A stretch of 64,000 bases of DNA from assembly GCF_030028105.1 (NCBI RefSeq), contig NC_092373.1:188015998-188079997 (forward strand). Direction: 5' to 3'. The position numbers were made by a program, and so were the translations under genes. Under the pieces are notes generated by a model, which worked only from the letters and a program-made list of their open reading frames with translations, was not told where the DNA came from and did not search any database. The stretch is from Mobula birostris (lineage: Eukaryota). Below, one piece after another: positions 36,528 through 47,189 of this stretch (position 1 is its first letter; each line of letters opens with the position of its first letter).

Positions 36528-37082
36528 AGATGACTAATATATTTGCTCAAGTTTTCCAAGCCTATCACATCTGGAATCTGTGAAATTCTGCAGGATAATC
36601 TTCAGTCATGCTCTCGTGCCTGGACTGTCTGCTTGTGAATGTCAAGGTCACATTGACTCTAAGACCAAAATCCTAACAAATTGCTGCAGCATATTCCACC
36701 ATCTTTCCCAATTTGCTAATCACTGCAGTATCAAAAGCAATGATTTACAGATAAATGATTTCACCTATTTCAGTTTCATTGTGTTCTCTAAGAACAGAAT
36801 GTGTCAAACACAAGCACTGGGAGTTGACAGCATTGCCAACTTCCCACACGTACAGTCATTTACTGCACCCACACAACAAAAGAGCCTGCTTGACTAACCC
36901 AGATCTTTTATCACTTCCTTGGTGGTCTGGGGGCCACTATTGACCACAATAAGAACTTTACGATGTTTCCAAGCATCACATTTCCTGAGTGAGTTTTCAT
37001 GGATGGTCATTTTCAACAGCCAGTCTTGATCAAAAATCATTGACCTGAGTCATGAACAATGTTTTTTCTGTCCACACATAAA

Positions 37083-37329
37083 TGCAAAAGGTTCTGCTGA
37101 TGTTGGAAATTTTGAGCAACACACCCAAGGGAATAAACATTTGATGTTTCAGGCCGAGAACCTTCATCAGGACTGGCCGTCTTGTGCTGACCAGTCTTGA
37201 TTATGAGTCTCACTCCAAAATGTAGACTGTTTATTCCCCTCCACAGATTTTGCCTGACTTGCTGAGTTCCTCCAGCATTCTGTATGTGTTGCTCAAGATT
37301 TCCAGCATCTGCTGAATTTCTTGGGCTTA
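37083..37329. repeat. Fold-back Penelope terminal-repeat element with head-to-head hammerhead motifs
   Basis: Inverted arms around the 14-bp spacer ccgtcttgtgctga; possible TSD ACATAAA at 37076-37082 and 37330-37336. Confidence 0.85.
37141..37176 (-). ncRNA. Minimal hammerhead motif; catalytic core intact, stems I and III decayed
   Basis: Minus strand ccagtc-CTGATGA-aggttctcggcct-GAAA-cATC-aa. Confidence 0.5.
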
Positions 37330-37870
37330 ACATAAAACCAATATTTCATTTCACCATGTTATCTTGTTCTTGTTCCTCAGCCTCACAGGTTACCATTACC
37401 TGTATTCCAAATTCAGAACGAACAGGGAAGATGCTCAAGATAGGAATCAACTTCACATTGGATACAAGGCCTATTGTCACAAAAGTGTCAGCCATGGCAT
37501 CGGTCACATTAATTCAAAACAATCTGCTCTGCTGCAGTGAGGTGTACCTTCCCATTGGAAAGGTATCCCTCATAGCATTACAGTAAATCACATTTGTCCT
37601 GGAGTTAACTGATCAAAAATGCACAATGTCGTTGTTCACTGAATGAGGCGTCTCAGGATCTGTAGCAGTGCCACAGTTTTCCAATCAGTGAGAATTGAAA
37701 GGTGTTAGTTTCCAGCATTTGATGGTGAATCTGTGGAATTGATTGCCACAGATGGCTGTGGAGGCCAAGTCATTGGGTATATTTAAAGCAGGCTGACGAG
37801 GTAAAGGCAGAAAATTGGGGTTGTGAGGATAATAAATCAGCCATGATAGAATGGCAGAGCAGACTCAATG

Positions 37871-40043
37871 GGCTATTTCAAGGGCAAAGAGACAATTTCG
37901 AAAGAGGTTAGAGGCAACATCGGATGCACGGCAACTCTGGCGGGGTCTGCAAGACATTACTTTCTGCAAAGCGAAACCCAATAACATGAATGGCAGCGAA
38001 GCTTTACTACCAGATGAACTCAACGCCTCCTATGCACACTTTGAAAGGGAGAACACAACCACAGTTGTGAAGATCCCTGCTGCACCTGATGACCATGTGA
38101 TCTCCGTCTCAGAGGCCGATATTATGCTGTCTTTAAAGAGAGTGAACTGGTAAGGCTCTGAGAACCCGTACCAACCAACTAGCAGGAGTATTCAAGGACA
38201 TTTTCAACCTCTCACTGCTAGGGCAGAAGTTCCCACTAGCTTCAAAAAGGCAACAATTATACCAGTGCCTAAAAAGAATAATGTAGGCTGCCTTAATGAC
38301 TATCGCCCAGTAGCACTCACATCAACAGTGATGAAATGCTTTGAGGCATTGGTCATGACTCAACTGAACTCCTGCCTCAGCAATGACCTGGACCCATGGC
38401 AATTTGCCTATCGCCACAATAGGTCAATGACAGATACAATCTTAATGGCTCTCCACACAGCTTTAGACCAGCTGGACAACACATTTTATACCATCATTCC
38501 CACAATCTTGATTGAGAAGTTGTAAAACCTGGGCCTCTGTATCTCTCTCTGCAATTGGATCCTCGACTTCCTAACCGGAAAACCACAATCTGTGCGGATT
38601 GGTGATAACATATCCTCCTCACTGACGATCAACACCTCAGGGGTGTTCTTAGCCCACTGCTCTACTCTCTATATACACATGACTGTGTGACTAGGCATAG
38701 CTCAAATGCCATCTATAAATTTGCTGACAATATAACCACTGCTGGTAGAATCTCAGGTGGTGACGAGAGGGCATACAGGAGTGAGATATGCCAACTAGTG
38801 GAGTGGTGCCGCAGCAACAACCTGGCACTCAATGTCAGTAAGATGAAAGAGCTGATTGTGGACTTCAGGAAGGGTAAGACGAAGGAACACATACCAATCC
38901 TCATAGAGGGATCAGAAGTGGAGTGAGTGAGTGGCTTCAAGTTCCTGGGTGTCAAGATCTCTGAGGATCTAACCTGGTCCCAACATATCGATATAGTTAT
39001 AAAAAAGGCAAGACAGCGGCTATACTTTATTAGGAGTTTGAAGAGATTTGGCTTGTCAACAAATACACTCAAAAACTTCTATAGCTGTGCTGTGGAATGC
39101 ATTCTGACAGGCTGCATCACTGTCTGGTGTGGAGGGGCTATTGCACGGGACTGAAAGAAGCTGCGGAAGGTTGTAAATCTAGTCATCTCCATCTTACCTA
39201 CAAAGTCCTCTCCATGGATCGTCACCTTGTTGTGGTGGAGAAGCTTGTGTGGTCCTGTGATCCCGAGAGCAATGCTGTCTGGAGCTATGCTCCTGGTAGT
39301 GTCACCCGTGGCGGTAAGGTCGAGGATGAGGTCCCTGACAAAGAACAATCCAACCAAGACCTCAACGGTGGAACAGGCGATGAAGTTACTTCGAACTCAA
39401 CGGCTGTGAAGACAGATGAAGGGTGCAACAAATCCATCAGCTCCAATCATCGTGGTTTCCATGCCATTGGAATCATTTGGTTGATTTGTGAAGTATCGTG
39501 TGCTTCTTGGAGTGCAACATCAGGTACACGTTAAACAAATACACGCACAGGCATCTTCACTCTATGGGCCACTTCTTCAGAATGGAGACCATCATCTTCA
39601 ACCTCGAGGGATAGCCACGACGACGATGACCTACGAAGTACCAAGGGCATCTTCAAGGAGAGGGTCTCAGAAAGTCAGCTTCTGTTATTAAGGACCTCCG
39701 GCACCCAGGGCATGCCCTTTTCTCACTGTTACCATCAGGTAGAAGGTACAGAAGCCTGAAGGCACACACTCGGCGATTCAGGGACAGCTTCTTCCCCTCT
39801 GCTGTCCGATTCCTAAATGGACATTGAATCTTTGGACATTACCTCACTTTTTTTTAATATTCAATATTTCTGATATGGCACATTTTAAAATCTATTCAAT
39901 GTACATATACCGTAATTGATTTACTTTATTTTAAAAAAAATTCTCTCTGCTAGATTATGTATTGCATTAAACTGCTGCTGCTAAGTTAACAAATTTCACG
40001 TCACATGCCGATGATAATAAACCTGATTCTGATTCTGATTCTG
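37871..40043 (+). mobile_element. Rex1/Babar LINE, 5'-truncated, interrupted at 39207-39628
   Basis: LPDELNASYAHFE; [19 protein letters not shown]; [13 protein letters not shown]; IYKFADN.T..GRISGGDE; FKFLGVKISEDLTW; (GATTCT)3 tail. Confidence 0.93.
39207..39628 (+). mobile_element. Non-autonomous RTE-derived retroposon (RTE/Rex3-like 5' UTR head, GAC-repeat tail) nested in Rex1
   Basis: TSD ACCTACAAAGT (39196-39206) / ACCTACGAAGT (39629-39639). Head gtcaccttgttgtggtggagaagcttgtgtggtcc...ctatgctcctggtagtgtcacccgtggc...cctgacaaag resembles RTE 5' UTRs. Tail cacgacgacgatg. Confidence 0.75.
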
Positions 40044-40392
40044 AAATTAGATTGTTGTAGCAAGGGTTGGGCACTTAGGTAGTGTGGACGGAATAGGTGC
40101 TTGCGTAAGTCTCAGAGTGTGTATGCGTGTATGAGAGCCGTGTGTCACAAGCTAGACATGTCCAGTGAAGAAATGACACTTTTTTTCTTCAGTGCTCTAT
40201 CGTAGGGATTTTGTTATTCGTCTGTCAAGTGGTTCAGGTAGAACTCTAACAGGTCTGCCAGTCACCTGGACAAAATGGATTTGACTTTAGACATGTCACT
40301 GAAATTCATATGCTTTTGTTTGAAATGAGTTTTCTCCCTCCCTCTTCTATTCCCTCTCTATTGTGGCACTCAAACAACAGCAACCTATATAA

Positions 40393-40475
40393 GCAACACA
40401 CATCAAAGTTGCTGGTGAACGCAGCAGGCCAGGCAGCATCTCTAGGAAGAGGTACAGTCGACGTTTCAGGCCGAG
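40393..40475 (-). mobile_element. 83-bp Penelope terminal-repeat insertion with 10-bp TSD
   Basis: TSD ACCTATATAA at 40383-40392 and 40476-40485; carries the 3' half of the hammerhead motif (minus strand GAAACGTCGACTG). Confidence 0.85.
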
Positions 40476-41483
40476 ACCTATATAATACCTGCCATGGAGA
40501 ATGTGTTTTGAATGGCGAACACACAACTATAATAAATGCACAATAGGAAGCAGCATCAGTGTGCACATGGAAACTGACTACGTGCCTGTAAGCCTAACAG
40601 AAGAGAGAGGAAGAGGTTCCTTCTCTGGATTTTGGGAGTGGTAGTATGAATGGAAACCATTGTTAAAGATACTTGGGTTAAAACAAAGCCAAAGTCCCAC
40701 CTATAATATTTCTTTCTGAGTGAACTGCTATTCAAGCTTCATTTGACCAAATTCATGATTTTTTGAGAAGAACCCCAATTCAATGTTACTAATAAACACA
40801 ACAATGTTTTAACACACCTAAAAATGATCCATTCTGATTTCAAGATGTTATATTGTTAACTAACTTTTAGTAGTAATTCATGGACACATTTAATATTTAC
40901 TTACTGACCTAGAAAATTTGTATTTACAAGCTGACCTAGCCAACTGCTTGATACACAATGAAATGTGAAATAAGTAATTCAATATGTCCTGACCCTTTTT
41001 CCTTGGCTATGTTTCATTCAGGGCAAGACTTTGCCCAAATCTCACTTAAGCAATCTCAGTCAGCAATTCATTTTTGCTTGCACATAATTGTACCAAACCA
41101 CTGAAATTCTTAATGGCTCAAGAATGAGCATCAATCATATACCATAAGCAAGGCCACCCAAGGTAATAGAAGCCAAGGGCAGATGCTTAAAAATTAGACT
41201 TGAAAGGCATCCTGAGATGAAATTGAGTTATAAATCACATGGATCTGAACAAGATGCGACTACAGTATGATTGAAACAAAAATATAAAAATCTTGAATTT
41301 GATTTAATTTGATAATATGCAATTTAACAAGCAGAGGAGTTTTGCATAAGAAGGGTGAAGGGTGAAGTATGAGAAAGCAGCCAAGAGTGATTTTTTTCTC
41401 GTCTGGACGCAAGGACACAAATGAACTGATACAAGGATGTGATGTTTCAGAGATGAAATTCAATTTTTATCATTAAGGGAATA

Positions 41484-42167
41484 TTAGATTAGATTATGAA
41501 GACACTCAGTCCTCGTTTATTGTCATTTAGAAATACATGCATTAAAAAATGATACAATGTTCCTCCGGTATGATATCACAGAAACACAAGACAGACCAAG
41601 ACTAAAACTGACAAAAACCACATAATTATAACATATAGTTACAACAGTGCAAAGCAATACCATAATTTGATAAGAGCAGACCATGGGCATGGTAAAAAAA
41701 AAGTCTCAAAGTCCCAATAGCCCATCATCTCACGTAGACGGTTGAAGGGAGAAACTCTGCCTGCCATGAGCTTCCAGCGCTGCAAACTTGCCAATGCAGC
41801 ATCCTGGGAGCACCCGACCACAGTCCAACTCTGAGTCCGTCCGAAAACTTTGAGCCTCCGACCAGCCCTCTGACACCGAGCACCAAGCACCATCTCTGCC
41901 GAGCGCTTCGACCCCAGCCTCGGCCGCCAAGCCACAGGCAAAGCTGAGGATTCAGGGCCTTCCCTTCCACAGATTTTGGATCACACAGTAGCAGTGGCAG
42001 CGAAGCAGGCATTTCAGAAGTTTCACCAGATGTTCCTCCGTGCTCTCATGTCTTCCTCCATCAAATCAGAATTGTGCACGTCCTCCTACTTGACAGATTA
42101 CAGATATTCATCACCAGAGAGGCCGCGCGAGCTGCGTCGCGCCGCTATCTTCTCCTCCTACTCCTCC
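41484..42167 (-). mobile_element. Non-coding retroposon with Rex1-like ends
   Basis: Minus strand starts ggaggagaAGATAGCGGCGcgacgcagc and ends aatgacaataaacgaggactgagtgtcttcataatctaatctaa; CpG-rich, no RT motifs. Confidence 0.6.
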
Positions 42168-42484
42168 TATTGAATTGGAAGATTTGGCTGAAATAAAATT
42201 CTGGGCAAGGGTGTGAAATGGTTACAATATAGGACTTAAAAATTAGAAGGTGAAGTAACTATTTTAAGGCTTCCCAAATGTCAGCTGAAAATTGTTGCTT
42301 ATTTGTTCTAGATGACAGACGAGCAATAATAAAATTGGGCAGTCAGACTGAATCATCAATGTGTATCTTGAACTGACTACCTGTTCCTGGTAAAAGAGAG
42401 GAATGATGGTATGAAGAGAAAGCATTTTTAGAGGTGCTTTGCTTACAGATAAGACTAGAAAAATACAAGGACTGCATTGTGCTG

Positions 42485-42965
42485 GCATTGGAGAGGGTCC
42501 AAAGGTGGTCCACAAGGATGATGCCAAGAATGAAAGGGTTAACATTAGAAAAGTGTCTGATGACACTGGGATGTATATACTGGATTTTAGAATAACTGGA
42601 GGGGATCTCATTGAAACGTATCAAATATGGAAAGGCCTACACAGAGTGGACATGGAGAGGATATTTCCAATAGTGGGGGAGACTAGGATCAGAGGGCACC
42701 TCAGAATACAAGGACATCACTTTAGCACAGAGAAGAGGAGAAATTTCTTTAGCCAGACAGTGGTGAATCTGTGAAATTCATTCACTGTGGAGACCAAGTC
42801 TCTGGGTATATTTAAAGTGGAGGTTGATAGGTTTTTGATTAGTAAGGACATCAACGGTTGCGGGGAGAATATAGGAGAATGGGGTTAAGAGGGATAATAA
42901 ATCAGTGTTGATGGAATGGCGGAACAAACTTGATGGGTCAAATGACTGAATTTTGCTCCTATGTT
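42485..42965 (+). mobile_element. CR1 3' end
   Basis: GDLIETYQIWKGLHRVDMERIFPIVGETRIRGHL...RRNFFSQ.VVNL. Confidence 0.85.
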
Positions 42966-44249
42966 TGAGGTTAATGAGGAGTAATTTTGCATGTCAGTCA
43001 CATTCAAGGACTTGGGACATTAGAGCCATCTAGGTACAATAGCCAGCGAGAACGCCTGATTTGGAATGTTTCAGATTGATAATTAAAGAAGAGATTGCCA
43101 CTAAAGAATTAAAATCGGCAAGCTGGTTGATTCATTCATTTACCATTGTAAGCTTGGGATGAAGCTGAAATGTCAGCAGGCAAGGACATCAGAGAGGTCT
43201 CAGTCGGATGTGGTGATAGGCCAAATGACACCCTTACGCAATTGTTACAACATACAGTAGAAGAACATTGATTCCCTGCCAGTTCCAAAGACAGCAATCA
43301 CATCAGTCAGATTCCCCTGTCATCCTGCAACTTCACTCGCTCACAACTTTCTCTTTCTTGTGATTCTTTTGTCACTTACCTTCACTGAATGCAATTAGTA
43401 GCACATCATTGGGATGTGGGAGGAAACCAGAGCACATCTTGTTGTCAGGGGGAGAACCTGCAAACTTTATAGAGAAATGTCAGAATCAATGCTGGGTCAC
43501 TGCAGCTGTGAGGCAGCAATGTTGACAGTTGCACCGTACCGCTACAATGCATGTCTTTACAATTTTCAAGGGGCTTGTACATGGGAGGCTGGTGGAAACT
43601 GCGGTTAGGAGCACGTTCAAAAATCTTTAATAAATTCTTTCATCATTTTAATGTTCTCCAGATTGCATGATGTGAGTAAGAGCTCAAAATAATTTCAAAG
43701 CAAATACATTCAAGCTCATGTTTATTGCCATTTAACCGTACACATATATACGGCTGAATGAAACGTTATTCTTTGGCAGCCAATCTGCAAAGCACAGTAC
43801 ACGTAGTCATACACAGGACACATAGTTACGATCCAGCACATACAGTCACAAGATAATATTAGCACGTCCCAAAGTGGCATGGCCTGAAGATTGACAGGTT
43901 GATGTAAAGTGTGAAATGAATGTTTATGTGAACAGTATAATGTTACTTTAATTATTATAACAAAAACGAGCAGTATGTGAAGCAGCATCAATAAAATGTG
44001 AGAAGTGACCAGTGCAGGATGAGTGTGTGTCCGTGAGTTAGGGAGGGGGATGATCAGCAGGGTATTTAGAGAGGGTACGTATACGTGAATCTTAAATAAT
44101 TTTATCCATGAATTTCCTTCTTCATCCATTGCCAACACTGCTGTGGTGTTAAGTGAGGTTTTGAGTCTAGTGCCCTTTCATATTAATGATACACTGTGTA
44201 TGCAGAAATAGCCTTTCTGTGACCTACTGCTTTCTCTTGGTATAGAGTC

Positions 44250-44830
44250 AGAGATTTATGGAGCACAGCAGCATGGCATTTCACCCACCACACCTACCTG
44301 TACTAATCTCATTTACCTACTTTTGAACCATAACTTTCTATGCCCTGATCGCTCAAGTGCTTACCTGCATACTTCATCCCACCAAATTCCCTCCTCTGAC
44401 CTGAGCAGTGATGCACTTGGGTATGTATATGATAATAAACACAATGTTGACTTTGACTTTGAACTTGGCATTCTAGAATCCATCCACCTGTGAGGTGAGA
44501 ATGTTCTTTCTGAGGTGTCCTTTAATAATCTTACCCACTACCCTAAACCTATGTCCTCTACTTTTACATATCTCTGTTATGGGGAAAAGTTTGCTACTAT
44601 TTACCCTATCCATGACCCTCGTAATTTTGTATGCCTCTATCAGATCCTCCCTCATTCTTTTCTACTCCAATAGAAACTAACTCAACTTTTCCAGTCTCTC
44701 CCCATAACTGAAATCCTAAGTGACATCCTGGTGAATCTTCTTTGCACCTTCCCAAGTGCAATTATGACCTCCAAACGCAATGATGGGTAGAACTCTACAC
44801 AGTGTGCCAGCTTTATCCTAACCAATGTTT
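44250..44830 (-). mobile_element. Old CR1 3' end
   Basis: MREDLIEAYKI.R.MDRV...LFP...SRGHRFRV. Confidence 0.75.
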
Positions 44831-45119
44831 TACAGCATTGAATCACAACTTCCAAGCATATTTCAGTTCTCACACGATCCACCACTATTCTATTTGTCAG
44901 CCCAGAAATCCAATTTTGCCATCCCTGCTATTAACAGATCCTCTATCATTTTCAGGCACGGAACTCAGAATCGTAAATTGAGAAATTTAATGTTTCTTTC
45001 AAAGACCTACAAAGATAACTATGTGGAGATAAATTGTGAATGCAGACAGCCACACTATACTGCACCAGTGAAGTATGATTTGAAAGCTGTCAGTACTGAA
45101 CATCTGTCTTTCTTTACAG

Positions 45120-45301
45120 GCCATCATGGCCCAGCTGCCCCAAGAGGAAAAGGCAAAGATTGCTGAGCAAGTGGAGAGCTTCCACCAGGAGAAGAACAAG
45201 TTGGACGCCGAAGTGGCAAAGTGGGACGACAGCGGCAATGACATAATTGTGCTGGCAAAACAGATGTGTATGATAATGATGGAAATGACTGACTTTACCA
45301 G
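45120..45301 (+). CDS. CTNNA2: Next internal coding exon of alpha-N-catenin; start of the actin-binding (VH3) domain; 182 bp, phase 0/2
   Basis: Translates AIMAQLPQEEKAKIAEQVESFHQEKNKLDAEVAKWDDSGNDIIVLAKQMCMIMMEMTDFT plus AG (split R codon). Acceptor ctgtctttctttacAG ends at 45119; donor GTAAGA starts at 45302. In frame with the previous exon. Confidence 0.97.
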
Positions 45302-45842
45302 GTAAGAGAATGTAGACGATGTGTTAATTGCATTTGATGATATGACTATAACCACCACACACTAAACTGAGCAAATTGCTGTAATTTTGGGACAGGGAGC
45401 TCAAGAAACCTCTTCTTCCTGCTCAGTATTTTCATGCAAATACCAGCCTGTAACTAATATTTTTCTTTATCTGTCCATAGTATCTTTGTAATGTTGGAGC
45501 ATAATCAGTATTTACTGCTCATTTCAAATTGTCCTTAAATTGGGAAGATTGTTTGGAGATTTCAGAATACATTTCATACTATGGCGATCGAGTTATTTTG
45601 GGCTAGACTAGTGAAATTAATGGTGTGTTTTCAACTCCCACGGTCATTTGTAAGCCAAGTGTTTTGTACAGACATTTCATACTTTCAGAGTGAATTCCAG
45701 GTTTTTCAACTTAAATGGCAAATTTTTTTTCAGGCTTCTGAATTGTTCTTTAAATTAGCCACTAAAAGTTTAAAAGCTGCTTTCAAGAAGTAAATAACAT
45801 GAATGCATCCACCTTAAACAAAACTAAAAGGATGATACTTAA

Positions 45843-47189
45843 CACAAACAAGAGAAAATCTGCAGATGCTGGAAATCCGAGCAACACACACAAAATGCTT
45901 GAGGAACTCAGCAAGCCGGGCAGCATCTAGGAAAAGAGTACAGTCGATGTTCTGGGCTGAAACCCTTCGGCAGGACTAGAGGAAAAACTGAGGAGTAGAT
46001 TTAAAAGGTGAGGGGAGGGGAGAGAGAAGCACAAGATGTTACTTGTAAAAACACCATCCTCTTCTCTCCATTCTTCTGTCTCGGTCTTATCTGCTCTCAG
46101 GTTGAGACTTCTCATTCTAGAACGAAAGAAAGGTCTTCCTTTTTCAAAGAAAGGGGCTTCCCTTCTTCTACCATCAACACTGCCCTCAACCACATCTCTT
46201 CCATTTCACGCACGTCTGCTCTTACCCTATCCTCCCACCACCCCACAAGGGATAGGGTTCCTCTTGTCCTCGACTACCACCCCACCAACCTCTGTGTCCA
46301 GCACATAATTCTCTGAAACTTCCGCCATCTCCAACAGAATCCCACCACCAAGCACACCTTTCCTTCCCCACCCCCCCCAAATTACAGCTTTCCGCTGGAA
46401 TCACTTCCTACACGGCTCCCTGCTCCATTCATCCCTCCCCACTGATCTCCCTTCTGGCACTTATCCTTGCAAGTGGAACAAGTGCTTCACCAGTCCCTAC
46501 GCCTCCTCCCTCACTACCATTCAGGGCCCTAAATAGTCCTCCCAGGTGAGGCGACACTTTACCTGTGAGTCTGTTGGGGTCATATACTGTGTTCAGTGCT
46601 CTTGGCCTCCTGTATATCAGTGAGACCCAACGCAGATTGGGAGACTGCTTCATCGAGCACCTACACTCCATCCACCAGAAAAAGCGAGATCTCCCGGTGT
46701 CCACCAATTTTAATTCCACTTCCCATTCCCATTCCGATATGTATATCCATGGCCTCCTCCACTTTTGTGATGAAGCCACACTTAGGTTGGAGGAACAGTA
46801 CCTTATATTCCATTTGGTTAGCCTCCAACCAGATAGCATGAACATCAATTTCTCAAACTTCCAGTGATACCCCCCACTCACCCCCGCCCCCTTCACCATT
46901 TCCCATCCCCTTTTCCCTCTCTTACCTTATTTCCTTGCCCAGACATCTCCTCCCTCTGGTGCTCCTCCCCCCTTTTCTTTCTTCCATGGCCGTCTGTTTC
47001 TTTCAGCAATCAACTTCCCAGCTCTTTACTTCATCCCTCCCCTCCTAGGTTTCACCTATCATCTTGTGATTCTCTCTCCCCTCCCTCCACCTTTTAAATC
47101 TACTCCTCAGCTTGTTCTCCAGTCCCTCTGAAGGGTTTCAGCCCGAAACGTCGACTGTACTCTTTTCCTACATGCTGCCTGGCCTGCTG
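45843..47189 (+). mobile_element. Penelope-like element (Neptune type) with inverted terminal repeats and 14-bp TSD
   Basis: TSD AGGATGATACTTAA at 45829-45842 and 47190-47203. The inner part of the left arm 45843-46038 is the reverse complement of 47060-47189. Interior encodes RT thumb/linker (LICSQ.E..HSRTKE.SSFFKERGFP; RVPLVL.YHP), a Cys linker (TYPCKWNKCF) and GIY-YIG (GVIYC...LLYISETQRRLGDCFIEHL...EEQYLIF.L.SLQP.SMN). Confidence 0.93.

Larger units (their letters stand above)
16527..45119 (+). other. CTNNA2: 28.6 kb GT-AG intron of CTNNA2
   Basis: Lies between two exons that are consecutive in the alpha-catenin protein (QSAR|AIMAQ); phases compatible. Confidence 0.93.

Noticed and set aside
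40145-40300. Two AGACATGTC p53-like half-sites
   Set aside because: Isolated half-sites about 135 bp apart with no adjacent partner in register.
44825-45358. ORFs 44825-45166 (+) and 44999-45358 (-)
   Set aside because: Off-frame and antisense shadows of the real CTNNA2 exon 45120-45301.
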